Assembly: GCF_051058965.1 (NCBI RefSeq)
Contig: NZ_CP183924.1
Length of the DNA: 31,688 nt
Reading direction: 5' to 3' (one strand)
From: Corallococcus exiguus
GTDB taxonomy: Bacteria; Myxococcota; Myxococcia; Myxococcales; Myxococcaceae
Shown here: positions 17,901 through 25,352 of the stretch, in pieces
Layout of the letters: every line of letters starts with the position of its first letter
Position numbering within the stretch: position 1 is the stretch's first letter
Notes under the pieces: model-generated
Told to the model about the DNA's origin: nothing
Databases searched by the model: none
The model's input: the letters and a program-made list of their open reading frames with translations, nothing else
Translations under genes and position numbers: made by a program

Positions 17901-19053
17901 ATTGCCTCGCGGGCACCAGCGAGATCATCCGCTCCCAGGGAGGCTCTTTGGACGCTCGCTCCGGGAGTACGTACACCGGAATGAAGAGGACTTCCGAGCG
18001 CCGCGTCTTTAGCTGTTCCTCAATGGAGGAGACCTCGTCGGCGAAAGCGCGGGATTCGAGCGCACTTTCGGAGACCAGCAGGACGAAGACATCCGCCTGG
18101 ACGAGCCAGCCCTCGATTTGTGCCCGCCACGAAGCCCCCGGCTTGAATTGCAGCGCTTCGAGCCCCGGGAAGACCTGGTGTTGCGTCCGCTGCAGCCCTT
18201 CCCGGATGGCATGGGCCAACTGCGGCACGGGGCCCCCCGAGGCCACGTAGCTGATGAAGATGCTCCGTGGATGCGGTGACGCCGCCTCCCCCTCTCCGCC
18301 ATCCGCCATGTCCAGCACCAGCGGCTCGGTTCGGGGGACCTCGATGGTGGTCTCCGCTCGGCCGGCCACCGGGCCCAACTCCACGAAGCCAGGGAACAGC
18401 CTCACGCCCACCTGGACTCGCTCCAGCCCCTGTGTGGCCATTCCCGCCATCCACTCGGGCACGGCCCCTGATGGAGGTGAAGCTGGCAGCAGATCTCCCC
18501 GGAGACGCGCCCGTGCCGCGACCGCCAGCAGACGCCCCTCGTCCAGCTCTCGCAGCTCGGAAGGAATGCGAGCACTGGCGCCCGCGGCCCAGTGCGCCAG
18601 GCTCGTCTTCTCGTTGCCGAAGAGCTCCGCCACCGCCGAACGCAGAAGCCAGCGCGCTCGCACAGGAGCGTTGGCGTCACCGCTGAACTGAAGGTAGTTG
18701 AGTTCTTCTTCCAGGCGCAGCGCCGGTGAGAGCCCCACATGGGCCTCCCTGGTGATGCGCCAGGCCTCGTCGTAGCGCTCACCTCCCCGCGCCACGAGCC
18801 TTTCGCGCAGGATTGCCCCCACGCCCTGTACGAACACGAAGCCTTCGGGGCCGCGGAAAGCGACGAGGCGGCCCAGCCACAGGTCGGCCTCGACGGACGG
18901 CTTCGCTCCAGGCAGCAACTCCAGGCGCAGCCGACGCAGCAGCAGGGAATCCACCCGGACCGCGAACGAGGCCAAGCATGCCAGCTCGAAGGCCTGGGGC
19001 TGCTCCTGAGCGGTCTCCTCGACCAGCAGACGCGCGGCCATGAGCGTCGTCAT
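14938..19053 (-). CDS. Third component of a MoxR-vWA-beta-propeller ternary system: N-terminal ~110-aa adaptor-like domain - TIR - NB-ARC/STAND NTPase - TPR - 7-bladed WD40 propeller
   Basis: 1371-aa ORF with ATG at 19053 and GGAGGAGG 8 nt upstream, inside the end of the vWA gene. TIR: RSIFISYVASGG...VFVLLVSESALESRAFADEV. NTPase: VVFINVTGEPGVGKTQWARQV (Walker A), LALVLEDVD (Walker B), LMVTSRAPLL. A helical TPR-like middle follows. The C-terminus has seven SFSPDG...W(D/N) WD40 units (FSPDGGRVVTGNDGNSVELWD ... FSPDGGRILTAGGDHVVRIWD). The N-terminal MTTLMAARLLVEETAQE...LWLGRLVAFRGPEGFVFVQGV region is unassigned. Confidence 0.85.
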   Translation of the reverse strand: MTTLMAARLLVEETAQEQPQAFELACLASFAVRVDSLLLRRLRLELLPGAKPSVEADLWLGRLVAFRGPEGFVFVQGVGAILRERLVARGGERYDEAWRITREAHVGLSPALRLEEELNYLQFSGDANAPVRARWLLRSAVAELFGNEKTSLAHWAAGASARIPSELRELDEGRLLAVAARARLRGDLLPASPPSGAVPEWMAGMATQGLERVQVGVRLFPGFVELGPVAGRAETTIEVPRTEPLVLDMADGGEGEAASPHPRSIFISYVASGGPVPQLAHAIREGLQRTQHQVFPGLEALQFKPGASWRAQIEGWLVQADVFVLLVSESALESRAFADEVSSIEEQLKTRRSEVLFIPVYVLPERASKEPPWERMISLVPARQWLTARPENEQLTIQHLLVLLNEFPLHETRWRRLEFRPQEHLQLPFVSGFLRLRTLQGDEYLIAPAEPAALLLLPPPEDGPMLHEQQADLLGRLIRGGVVFINVTGEPGVGKTQWARQVLARIAHDFPYGCFQIERLPNGPVMSAEVVARRVVEAIAPEQVGSRRDWLSHFHYLLSERRLALVLEDVDTWRWGSSDISEEIAQLRPQGGSGFLMVTSRAPLLIKERFESIRLAPLTPLAAVHLLTEVAPGVGDVAVELAEICHFLATPLREIGAVLARVRSGTRIGLYAALLNRARWLAVFPESFDLRAADVVVLDKTSPPAKEPSEGYWGPLTAQRMLEAGLIRVAGAGRYTLWWPVRLITEPEQEFPDLKKAALRHATYFLEFFTGLTERYKPQGQERAAAIMALDEERLNIDRALRWWIQHGPPDRVPSLLRAPVMQVPWLFRLRWTPREREQLLKPLVESSHTRVYGLEQAFFLLELAVAQSQLGQGKEAVKSCREAFMGVGFKPGSSAGGGVKLVRFLSEQGDWDEAHSLLLRIAEQELAHGEVSAEADYMIARLDRQDGRKDAAAEGFRSARAKAAIEGDIQLEVDALLASASLAEEQHGPRLAAAHYEEALEVARSWRDDRGIALASWGLGQMRAMQGIPEGVRKLLEVLVKYRRSIGHAQAEETAQQMERLLGSLSALRTWKRGGQPRLVTELATDALVASFSPDGGRVVTGNDGNSVELWDAGTGASLVLMTGEPAGGVFAVSFSPNGQRIIAAGLTGWAWLYDVASGKAVGRLHGPLDTVYAASFSPDGMRIITASGDGGVHLWDATSGQHVGEFAGHTEAVFTAGFRPDGQRLVTGGDGGSVLLWEVRSGRNLARLSGHQGRVHAASFSPDGTRIVTAGADGNLNIWNADTGGIVMSSRTTRALTAASFSPDGRHCVVGQEDGTTLIRDLAARELRVGLSSRSGGVTSVGFSPDGGRILTAGGDHVVRIWDVRAALD

Positions 19054-19057
19054 GCGC

Positions 19058-20023
19058 TCACCTCCTCCGGGACATCCCGCGCGCGGCCCGTACCATTGTC
19101 AGCGTCCAGTCCCATTCGAACACCTGCATCGCCGGCTCCAGTCCATGAGGCCAGCGCTCGGATGGGTAGGGAACCAGCGCCGCCACGGCCCCTCCCGCGC
19201 GGCGCACCCTCCCAATGAACTCCGCCCACTCCTCCAGCAGGGCGGGCGCATCACCAGGCGGCGGCATGCCAATCCCCAGGTCCGTCACGCACAGCACCCG
19301 CGTCCCCGGACGCGGCAGCCGCTCGGAACCGTAGGGCTTCCACCTGCGCCGCCCCCCACGGCCGCACCCACGGGTCGGACATGCGACGAAGTGCAGGACC
19401 TCGGTTCCTGCCCCCACGAGTTGGGAAATCTCCTCCTCCAGGCTGGCCACATCCCGCAGGAAGGGCAGCATGGCATCGCTGCGGTCCAGCAGAAGCTGTA
19501 CGCCATGTGCCAGCGTGGGGCGCAACCGGCGAGGAAGGCTCACCAGGACCTGCCCCCGTGCAATGGTCCGGACGATGGCTTCCAGGTCAGCACCGCCCTC
19601 CCCCGGGGTCGCGAGCAGCGCGCTTAGAAGTGCCCGGGAGCGCTGAGGTGCCAGGAGCGTATCCAGCACTGGAGCCGGGGCTGCCGGACGCGGCAGCGAC
19701 GAGAGACGACGCTCCGCCTGCAACCAGGACGGCGGAGGAGGAGGTGACCGCTTGAGGCGAGAAATGACCACTGGGAGAGCGCGCTCTTCGGATGCCGTCG
19801 AAACCTCGGGAGCGCGCCCTGATGGAGCCGATGGCACGGGACGCGGTGGCAAGGCCAGAAGTGGCTGCGGAAGCGACGTACTGGCGGGCTCGACCATGGC
19901 CATGGCGGACCTGCCGCCCAGTACGAGCGTGGCCATGGCTTTGCGCGTCGCTTCATCCGCGGGCATCAAGCAATCGAATGCACGCGCCAAGTCGCTCAGG
20001 GGGGAGGCGAAGCCGCGACTCAT
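19058..20023 (-). CDS. vWA-like (VMAP-type) protein with a Pro-rich N-terminal linker; MIDAS motif partly degenerate
   Basis: The ORF is open to a GTG at 20053. However, the ATG at 20021..20023 (MSRGFASPL) forms a classic ATGA overlap with the MoxR stop (20020..20022), so I favour it. The C-terminal half has a vWA-like strand and loop pattern: VQLLLDRSDAM (DxSxS-like, with the last Ser replaced by Ala) and VLCVTDLGIG (the hhhhTDG strand). Its position immediately after a MoxR ATPase is the canonical MoxR-vWA pairing. The fold assignment is inference. Confidence 0.55.
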   Translation of the reverse strand: MSRGFASPLSDLARAFDCLMPADEATRKAMATLVLGGRSAMAMVEPASTSLPQPLLALPPRPVPSAPSGRAPEVSTASEERALPVVISRLKRSPPPPPSWLQAERRLSSLPRPAAPAPVLDTLLAPQRSRALLSALLATPGEGGADLEAIVRTIARGQVLVSLPRRLRPTLAHGVQLLLDRSDAMLPFLRDVASLEEEISQLVGAGTEVLHFVACPTRGCGRGGRRRWKPYGSERLPRPGTRVLCVTDLGIGMPPPGDAPALLEEWAEFIGRVRRAGGAVAALVPYPSERWPHGLEPAMQVFEWDWTLTMVRAARGMSRRR

Positions 20024-20970
20024 CTTCCCGGCTCCTTCCGCCCATGCTTCCACACAGCGGCTTCCAGCACCTTCTGGAACGCGGCACTGTCGGGTGACAT
20101 CCTCAGCGCCACACAGCCGCGCAGGACATCCACGTACTCGGCGGGGCTGACCGAGGGCGGCTCGCCGTCTGGCAACATGGCCGTGGCCACGGCGACGAGA
20201 AGCGCGTCATCCAGCCCCGTGAATTGCGCCCGTCCCACCTCGATCAGTCGTTCCCGACTGGGGTACTCCAGCTTGAGCTCGATGCAGCGACGCAGGAACG
20301 CACCCGGCAGTTCGCGCTCGTCATTCGTCGTGACGAAGATGAGCGGGGGCCCACGGGAGGAGACCTCCACGAGCTGCCCGGTCTCCTCCACCTGGAACTG
20401 AAGGGAGCCCAGGGGGACGAGGAGGTTGTTGGGCGTGTCGGGGTCGGCCTTGTCTATCTCGTCAATGAGGACGACGGCACGTGGGCACGTGTCGTCCTGG
20501 CCGGACTCCTGAGCGCGCATGACGCGTCCAGCGGAGCTGCTGGCATGCTGCTTCCTGGCGCTCGCCTCATCGAACGCCCACCACAGGGGACCTGGCACCA
20601 CGTAGGGGCCGTAGCCCGGGTCGAACCTGCGCTTCGGGCTCTGTGCATCGTGGAGGCGGCGCAGATGGTCCACCTGCCAGAGCATGTCCCTCGCCTGGGT
20701 CCGAGAGGTGACGACCTGCTCGTAGTAGCGAAAGCCGAGGACCTTCGCCGCGCTCCGGGCCAGTGAGCTTTTGCCAGTCCCGGACGGCCCCCGCACCAGG
20801 AGCGGGCGTCCGGTTGCCAGCGCTATGTTGACCGCGAGGATGATCTGGTCGGTATACACATACGTCACCACGCGACGCTGGTCGCCTGCGGCAGGGGGCA
20901 GCTCGGCCGCATGCTCGACTGGCTTCGGGTCGAAAAGCTTGTGGTACGTGAGCGCGGTGATTTCGGACAT
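20020..20970 (-). CDS. MoxR-family AAA+ ATPase (AAA_5 / CbbQ-NorQ-like)
   Basis: 316 aa with ATG at 20970. LLVRGPSGTGKSSLARSAAKVLG (Walker A), AVVLIDEIDKADPDTPNNLLVPL (Walker B, DE), and FVTTNDERELPGAFLRRC (sensor and Arg finger). Its size and motifs are typical of single-domain MoxR ATPases. Confidence 0.85.
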   Translation of the reverse strand: MSEITALTYHKLFDPKPVEHAAELPPAAGDQRRVVTYVYTDQIILAVNIALATGRPLLVRGPSGTGKSSLARSAAKVLGFRYYEQVVTSRTQARDMLWQVDHLRRLHDAQSPKRRFDPGYGPYVVPGPLWWAFDEASARKQHASSSAGRVMRAQESGQDDTCPRAVVLIDEIDKADPDTPNNLLVPLGSLQFQVEETGQLVEVSSRGPPLIFVTTNDERELPGAFLRRCIELKLEYPSRERLIEVGRAQFTGLDDALLVAVATAMLPDGEPPSVSPAEYVDVLRGCVALRMSPDSAAFQKVLEAAVWKHGRKEPGR

Positions 20971-20983
20971 GACTTGACGATCC

Positions 20984-22201
20984 TCACTTCATCAGCTTCA
21001 GGTACTTGAGCTTCTTCTCGTAGAGCGTCCAGAAGGGCTGCTCTATCTCTGGCGCCAGCAACGGCTGCAGCAGCACGATTCCCGCCTCTTCCACCTGGTC
21101 CTTCGGAGGAATATCGCTCCCTGTCAGGAAGAAGAAGGTGACTCCCCTGAACTCCGCGCGAAGGGCATCCATCGCCGCCTTGTCCACTCCGCAGAGTGGT
21201 AGAGCCACGAAGACGGGCTCCGCTTCACTCCTCAGGAGTTCGAGGAGCTCGGGTACGTCGTCAGGAGAAACCTTGAGCTCGTAGGCCAGGGCCGTGCGCA
21301 CCATGCCCTTCAGCTCATCGATGCCCCCGCTCCCCACCACCCCATCGACCTTCGCGACGCGCCAGGAGTCATTCGCGGGGAGATCGCACGCGCCAACCAC
21401 GTACAGCCACGCCGTCCGCGGGTCGTCGCCATTCAGCGCAAGCACTCCGGGCTGCTTTTCGACCTTGCGAATCTCCGCCACCGAGCGGAAGTCCACCCAG
21501 GAGGTCGCGATGAGGGTCATGACCTCCTCGAGGGTGGCAACGCTTGGGAGCCGTGAGCGGAAGGCCCGAACGCCCTGGGTGGCCTGCTCCAGCCCCACCG
21601 CCATCAAGCCCAGTGCGACCTTCATCGGCAGGTCCGTGTCGAGAACCCAGGGGGCCAGGAGCGCGCCGACCTTGTCGGCAGCTGCTTCCAGGTCAGCGGA
21701 ATTCACGTCCTTGAGCAAGCCGCACAGCCGTCGTGCGTGGCGCTCGGCGGCGGAATCCGAGGACACGTGCGATTCCAGGTAGTCAATGATGCGCTGGATG
21801 GCCTCGTCTCGTGGGACATCTCCGCGGATGGCCTGGACGTCGGCGATCCGCGCGGGCTCCAGCGGACTCTCCTCGACCTGCTTCTCCGTCACCGGCGCGA
21901 GGTAGACGGGGATGAGGATGAAGCGGCCCCGCTCGTTCCCATGCCGGTAGGCCAGCACGCTGGCCTCATACGCGACGTAGCGTGACTGCAAGGCCGCTGA
22001 CGACACCAGCAGCACCGCGGCATCACACCCGCCAATCCAGGCATTGAGCGTGGAGCGCCAATCCTGGCTCAACTCGAACTCGTCCTTGTCGAGGAGCACC
22101 CTGTAGCCTTCATCGCGCAGACGCTGCGCAAGCTCGTCGCGAAACTGCTCACCCGCCGGCTCCTTCGACGAGTGGCTGATGAAGATCCGTGGGCGCGGCA
22201 T
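20984..22201 (-). CDS. TIR domain protein with a C-terminal domain of about 270 aa and unknown function; first gene of the MoxR-vWA operon
   Basis: 405 aa with ATG at 22201. MPRPRIFISHSSKEPAGEQFRDELAQRLRDEGYRVLLDKDEF...AVLLVSSAALQSRYVAYEASVLAY...FILIPVYL is a clear TIR with the conserved Glu in AYEAS. The remainder is alpha/beta and unassigned. Its stop lies 11 nt before the MoxR start. Confidence 0.85.
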   Translation of the reverse strand: MPRPRIFISHSSKEPAGEQFRDELAQRLRDEGYRVLLDKDEFELSQDWRSTLNAWIGGCDAAVLLVSSAALQSRYVAYEASVLAYRHGNERGRFILIPVYLAPVTEKQVEESPLEPARIADVQAIRGDVPRDEAIQRIIDYLESHVSSDSAAERHARRLCGLLKDVNSADLEAAADKVGALLAPWVLDTDLPMKVALGLMAVGLEQATQGVRAFRSRLPSVATLEEVMTLIATSWVDFRSVAEIRKVEKQPGVLALNGDDPRTAWLYVVGACDLPANDSWRVAKVDGVVGSGGIDELKGMVRTALAYELKVSPDDVPELLELLRSEAEPVFVALPLCGVDKAAMDALRAEFRGVTFFFLTGSDIPPKDQVEEAGIVLLQPLLAPEIEQPFWTLYEKKLKYLKLMK

Positions 22202-22916
22202 GGCTAGGGCAGGAGGATGCAGCCCCCTGTCGGAGGGAGTCTACGCGAAGGCCCTACCCCTGGGGACTCCCGTTCTCGGAAGCGTCCCCCGGACGAGCGT
22301 ATCGGGGCTCGGGACGGACCGGATTCCCGCCCCGAGTTCCCGACGGCGCAAGCCCTCCGCGGCAACTGCCGTATCAACCCCGTCGGCACCGACGCAGGGC
22401 CATCACGGTCCCCACCAGCATGCGGCCCCAGAGAGGCGCGCTGCCAGCTGCGGCGCAGCCTCCGCGCTGTCCACGACGATGTCCGTACCGCCTGTTTCCG
22501 CCGGACCGCCACGGTTGCTCAGCGAGTACTGCCCCGTGGCTCCAGAAGCGCCAGCCTCGTACCCAAGCTGGACGGACGCGGGTGGACCTCCATGGACGCT
22601 CCACCCGCCCTGCCCCAGAGTGGATCCGGCCGACCCTCAATCCCTCCGGGCACCTCGCGGATCGGGGTGGCGGGGCTTCAAAACCGGTGAGGGGCTGCGA
22701 GAGCAGTCCCTTGCGAGTTCGATTCCCGTGCCCTACCGCCACCTTCCAGCCCTTGACCCACCCGCGGCCCGCTCTGGACTTTCCAGAACGGGCCGTGGTG
22801 CTTCAACGTCATGTCATGGCTCAACAGGAGCAGTCATGGAGCAGCTGTAGCCATGGCTGGTCATGTGGAGTGGGTGGGAAAGGCGCGTTGAAGACAGCCG
22901 GCGTTGAATGCTGGCG

Positions 22917-24776
22917 TCATCCCTCCGCGTGGCGTAATCCCTTCGCGCTCTCCTGCACGCATGCTCGGTTCACGAAGACGCGGAATCCCCCGCGTGCGCC
23001 CTCCGGCAACTCCGCGCTCAAGTCCAAGGCCTGCAGCGCGATGTCCCGCTCCATTTGCACGAGCCGGGGGTCTTCACGCTCCTCCGGGCCGAAGACGAAG
23101 GCGCAGTACTCGCCGGACGCGATGCTCGCCACGAGCGTCTCCGGCCGGAGCTCCGTGTAGAAGGACTGCCAGTAGCGACCATTGCGAAACAGGTAGAGCT
23201 GAAGAACCTTGTACCGGGGCGAGATGAAGCTCTCATGCCCGGGCGGCAGTGGTTCCAAATAGGGGCGAAGGATCTCCGCGATCTCCTTGTACGGGGGTTG
23301 AGGCGCAGTGAGCTCGTACGCCCCGAAACCAGCCAGTGACAGCGCGGAGAGGCCACCGATGAGCGCCGTCGCTCGCGCGCGCTCGATGCGAGCCGCCGCA
23401 TACGCCAGGAGCCAGGCGCCCCCCACCCCGAGCGCGTGCGCGCCAACATAGACAGGCGTGATGTCATCGCGCTTCAGCCCCCGAGCATGAGCCGCCCCGA
23501 TGAGGAGCACTGCCGCGGCCGAGAAGTAGCCCGCGACCCTGAGGGCTCGACGGGCCGGTGCCCTCCGTGGATTGAGGGTGCCCTCCCTGGCAAAGAGCGC
23601 CGAAGCACCAAGCCCGGCCAGGCCATAGAGGAATGGCAAGACGCCCAGGATGTAGAGCGACTCCTTGATGGCGGGGAGCGAGAGGGGAACCAGGCTTGCG
23701 AGCCCGAAGCCGATGGCGCCGAAGAGCCCGGCCGCGGTCGGCGCACGCCGCTTCAAGGCGGGGAGCGCAGCCAGAAGGAGGGGGCAGAGGAAGAAATGCT
23801 CCCGGTAGAGGATCGCCGGGTAGTACCAGGAGGGATGACTCCATTCCGTGGGCACGCCCGCCCCAGCCAGCTTCGACCCTCCGATGCTCTGCCCCAGGAA
23901 GGGTGCGAAGTAGACCTGGGTGAGCCAGAGGGCGACATCCGTGGGTGACCGCAGAGCAACGAGGGCGAGGTGGAGGGACGCCGTGGCAAGAAAGCCGACG
24001 GTGATGCAGGCGACAGGAACCAGCGCCAATTGACGCCGCTGGAGACGCACGATGGCAAGGAGCCCTAGCGAAGCCAGCACGAAGGGGGTGACGAGCCACA
24101 GCTTCGTCAAGAAGCCAAGGCCGAGGCATGCGCCACCCAGCAGGGAGTGCCAATTCCTCCCGGTGAGCTCTCCTCGCGCAATCCAGTACGTGCCCGCCAT
24201 GCCCCACGCCACGAGGACAGGCTCGGCCTCCATCAGCCGGAATTGCCACAGGACGGCAGGAGAGAGCGCGAGCAGGAGCGTCGTCAGGAGCGCCGCACGA
24301 CGCTCCCACAGGGCGACGAGCCGATAGGTGAAGCAGAGGGTGGCGGCCAGCGCCGCGAATGAGACGAGCCCCATGGCTTCGGGCCGGCCGCCCAGGGGAC
24401 AGCCTCCGAGTGCGAGGAGCACCGAGTGAAATGGAGTGTTGCCGATGCCTGGCAGATCGAAGCCGACCCAATCCTCCGAGCCGCCAGGGATGTACGAGGG
24501 CCGCACCACGAGCGCCAGCGAACGGCACATGTTGAGGGCCATCGTGCCATTGACGCCCTCGTCACCTGTTTCGATACGCTTGAAGACGACGCCGCGCGCG
24601 AAGGCCAGGGCAAGGGAGGCAATGACCACCACACGGACGACGAAGCGCAGGCGATTGTCGTCATCACGCCGCGGCCCAAGCAGCTGGACGGGGGGAAACC
24701 ACGAGCCTGGCCAGAGAAGTCTCATTTCCGCCAGGCCCGGGGCAGGTGGGCACGAGAGTGGAGCCATTCCTTGCAC
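22917..24776 (-). CDS. GT39 / ArnT-family (PMT_2-like) membrane glycosyltransferase
   Basis: Polytopic membrane ORF. RLRFVVRVVVIASLALAFARGVV...DEGVNGTMALNMCRS...YIPGGSEDW...GLGFLTKLW matches the N-terminal loop (DE...nM..sgdw) and the GxxxLTKG region of dolichyl-phosphate-mannose/ArnT-type transferases. The first ATG is at 24776; an alternative ATG at 24725 (MRLLWPG) is also plausible. Confidence 0.7.
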   Translation of the reverse strand: MQGMAPLSCPPAPGLAEMRLLWPGSWFPPVQLLGPRRDDDNRLRFVVRVVVIASLALAFARGVVFKRIETGDEGVNGTMALNMCRSLALVVRPSYIPGGSEDWVGFDLPGIGNTPFHSVLLALGGCPLGGRPEAMGLVSFAALAATLCFTYRLVALWERRAALLTTLLLALSPAVLWQFRLMEAEPVLVAWGMAGTYWIARGELTGRNWHSLLGGACLGLGFLTKLWLVTPFVLASLGLLAIVRLQRRQLALVPVACITVGFLATASLHLALVALRSPTDVALWLTQVYFAPFLGQSIGGSKLAGAGVPTEWSHPSWYYPAILYREHFFLCPLLLAALPALKRRAPTAAGLFGAIGFGLASLVPLSLPAIKESLYILGVLPFLYGLAGLGASALFAREGTLNPRRAPARRALRVAGYFSAAAVLLIGAAHARGLKRDDITPVYVGAHALGVGGAWLLAYAAARIERARATALIGGLSALSLAGFGAYELTAPQPPYKEIAEILRPYLEPLPPGHESFISPRYKVLQLYLFRNGRYWQSFYTELRPETLVASIASGEYCAFVFGPEEREDPRLVQMERDIALQALDLSAELPEGARGGFRVFVNRACVQESAKGLRHAEG

Positions 24777-25352
24777 CCCCCTACCCTCGCGGTCGGACTG
24801 AGCTGAGCCTTCAGAATCCTGCCGAGCAGCCTCAGCGTCCGCAGCAGCGGCTCCTTCGACTTGTCCTGGTGCGTCTTCTGAGCGGGCGGGCGCTTCCGGG
24901 TCGCGTCAACCGGCTCCTCCAGGCCCACGTAGGCGCACGCGAAGCGCTCCGGTGAGAGGAGCTCGCCCAGCCACCGTCGCTCCTCGCGCGGAAACCAGGC
25001 GGCGAAGAGGACCCGCATCTTCACGGGCTCCCTCGCTCCATCCTTGAAGGGACTCATGAAAGAAGGCACGAGCCTGACCGAGCAATTGCCGTTCCAGCCA
25101 GCGGCAGCTCAATCCGGGCCTTCGAGTCCTGCTCGTCCGTTTCGGGGACGGCCCCTCATATCGACCCTGGACAGCCGAGACGGGCGACCCTCTCGAGGGA
25201 GCGAGCCATCCTCGATGGACTCTCAATCCGAGACAGCCTGACGTCCCAGCATGAGACAGCAGGGACAATCAGCCGACGGTGAGGCCGTGAAGCATGGAGC
25301 ACGATACCTGCATGGAGGCACAGGCAGCAGGAAGCACGTGGGACACATGTGA

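Noticed and set aside
22660-22741. A full tRNA gene
   Set aside because: Only a T-arm-like 3' fragment can be folded; no acceptor 5' strand, D-arm or anticodon arm is present. It is reported as a possible integration scar and not as a tRNA.
22179-23160. 223-aa and 323-aa plus-strand ORFs in the 22202..22916 gap
   Set aside because: They show a Pro/Arg/Ser/Ala-rich composition typical of spurious high-GC frames, with no motifs or RBS. I treat the region as non-coding or regulatory.
24722-25069. 115-aa minus-strand ORF just upstream of, and overlapping, the GT39-like gene start
   Set aside because: No recognisable domain, and it is rich in Arg/Pro. It could be a frameshifted leader of the GT gene or a small protein, and the evidence is too thin to annotate it.
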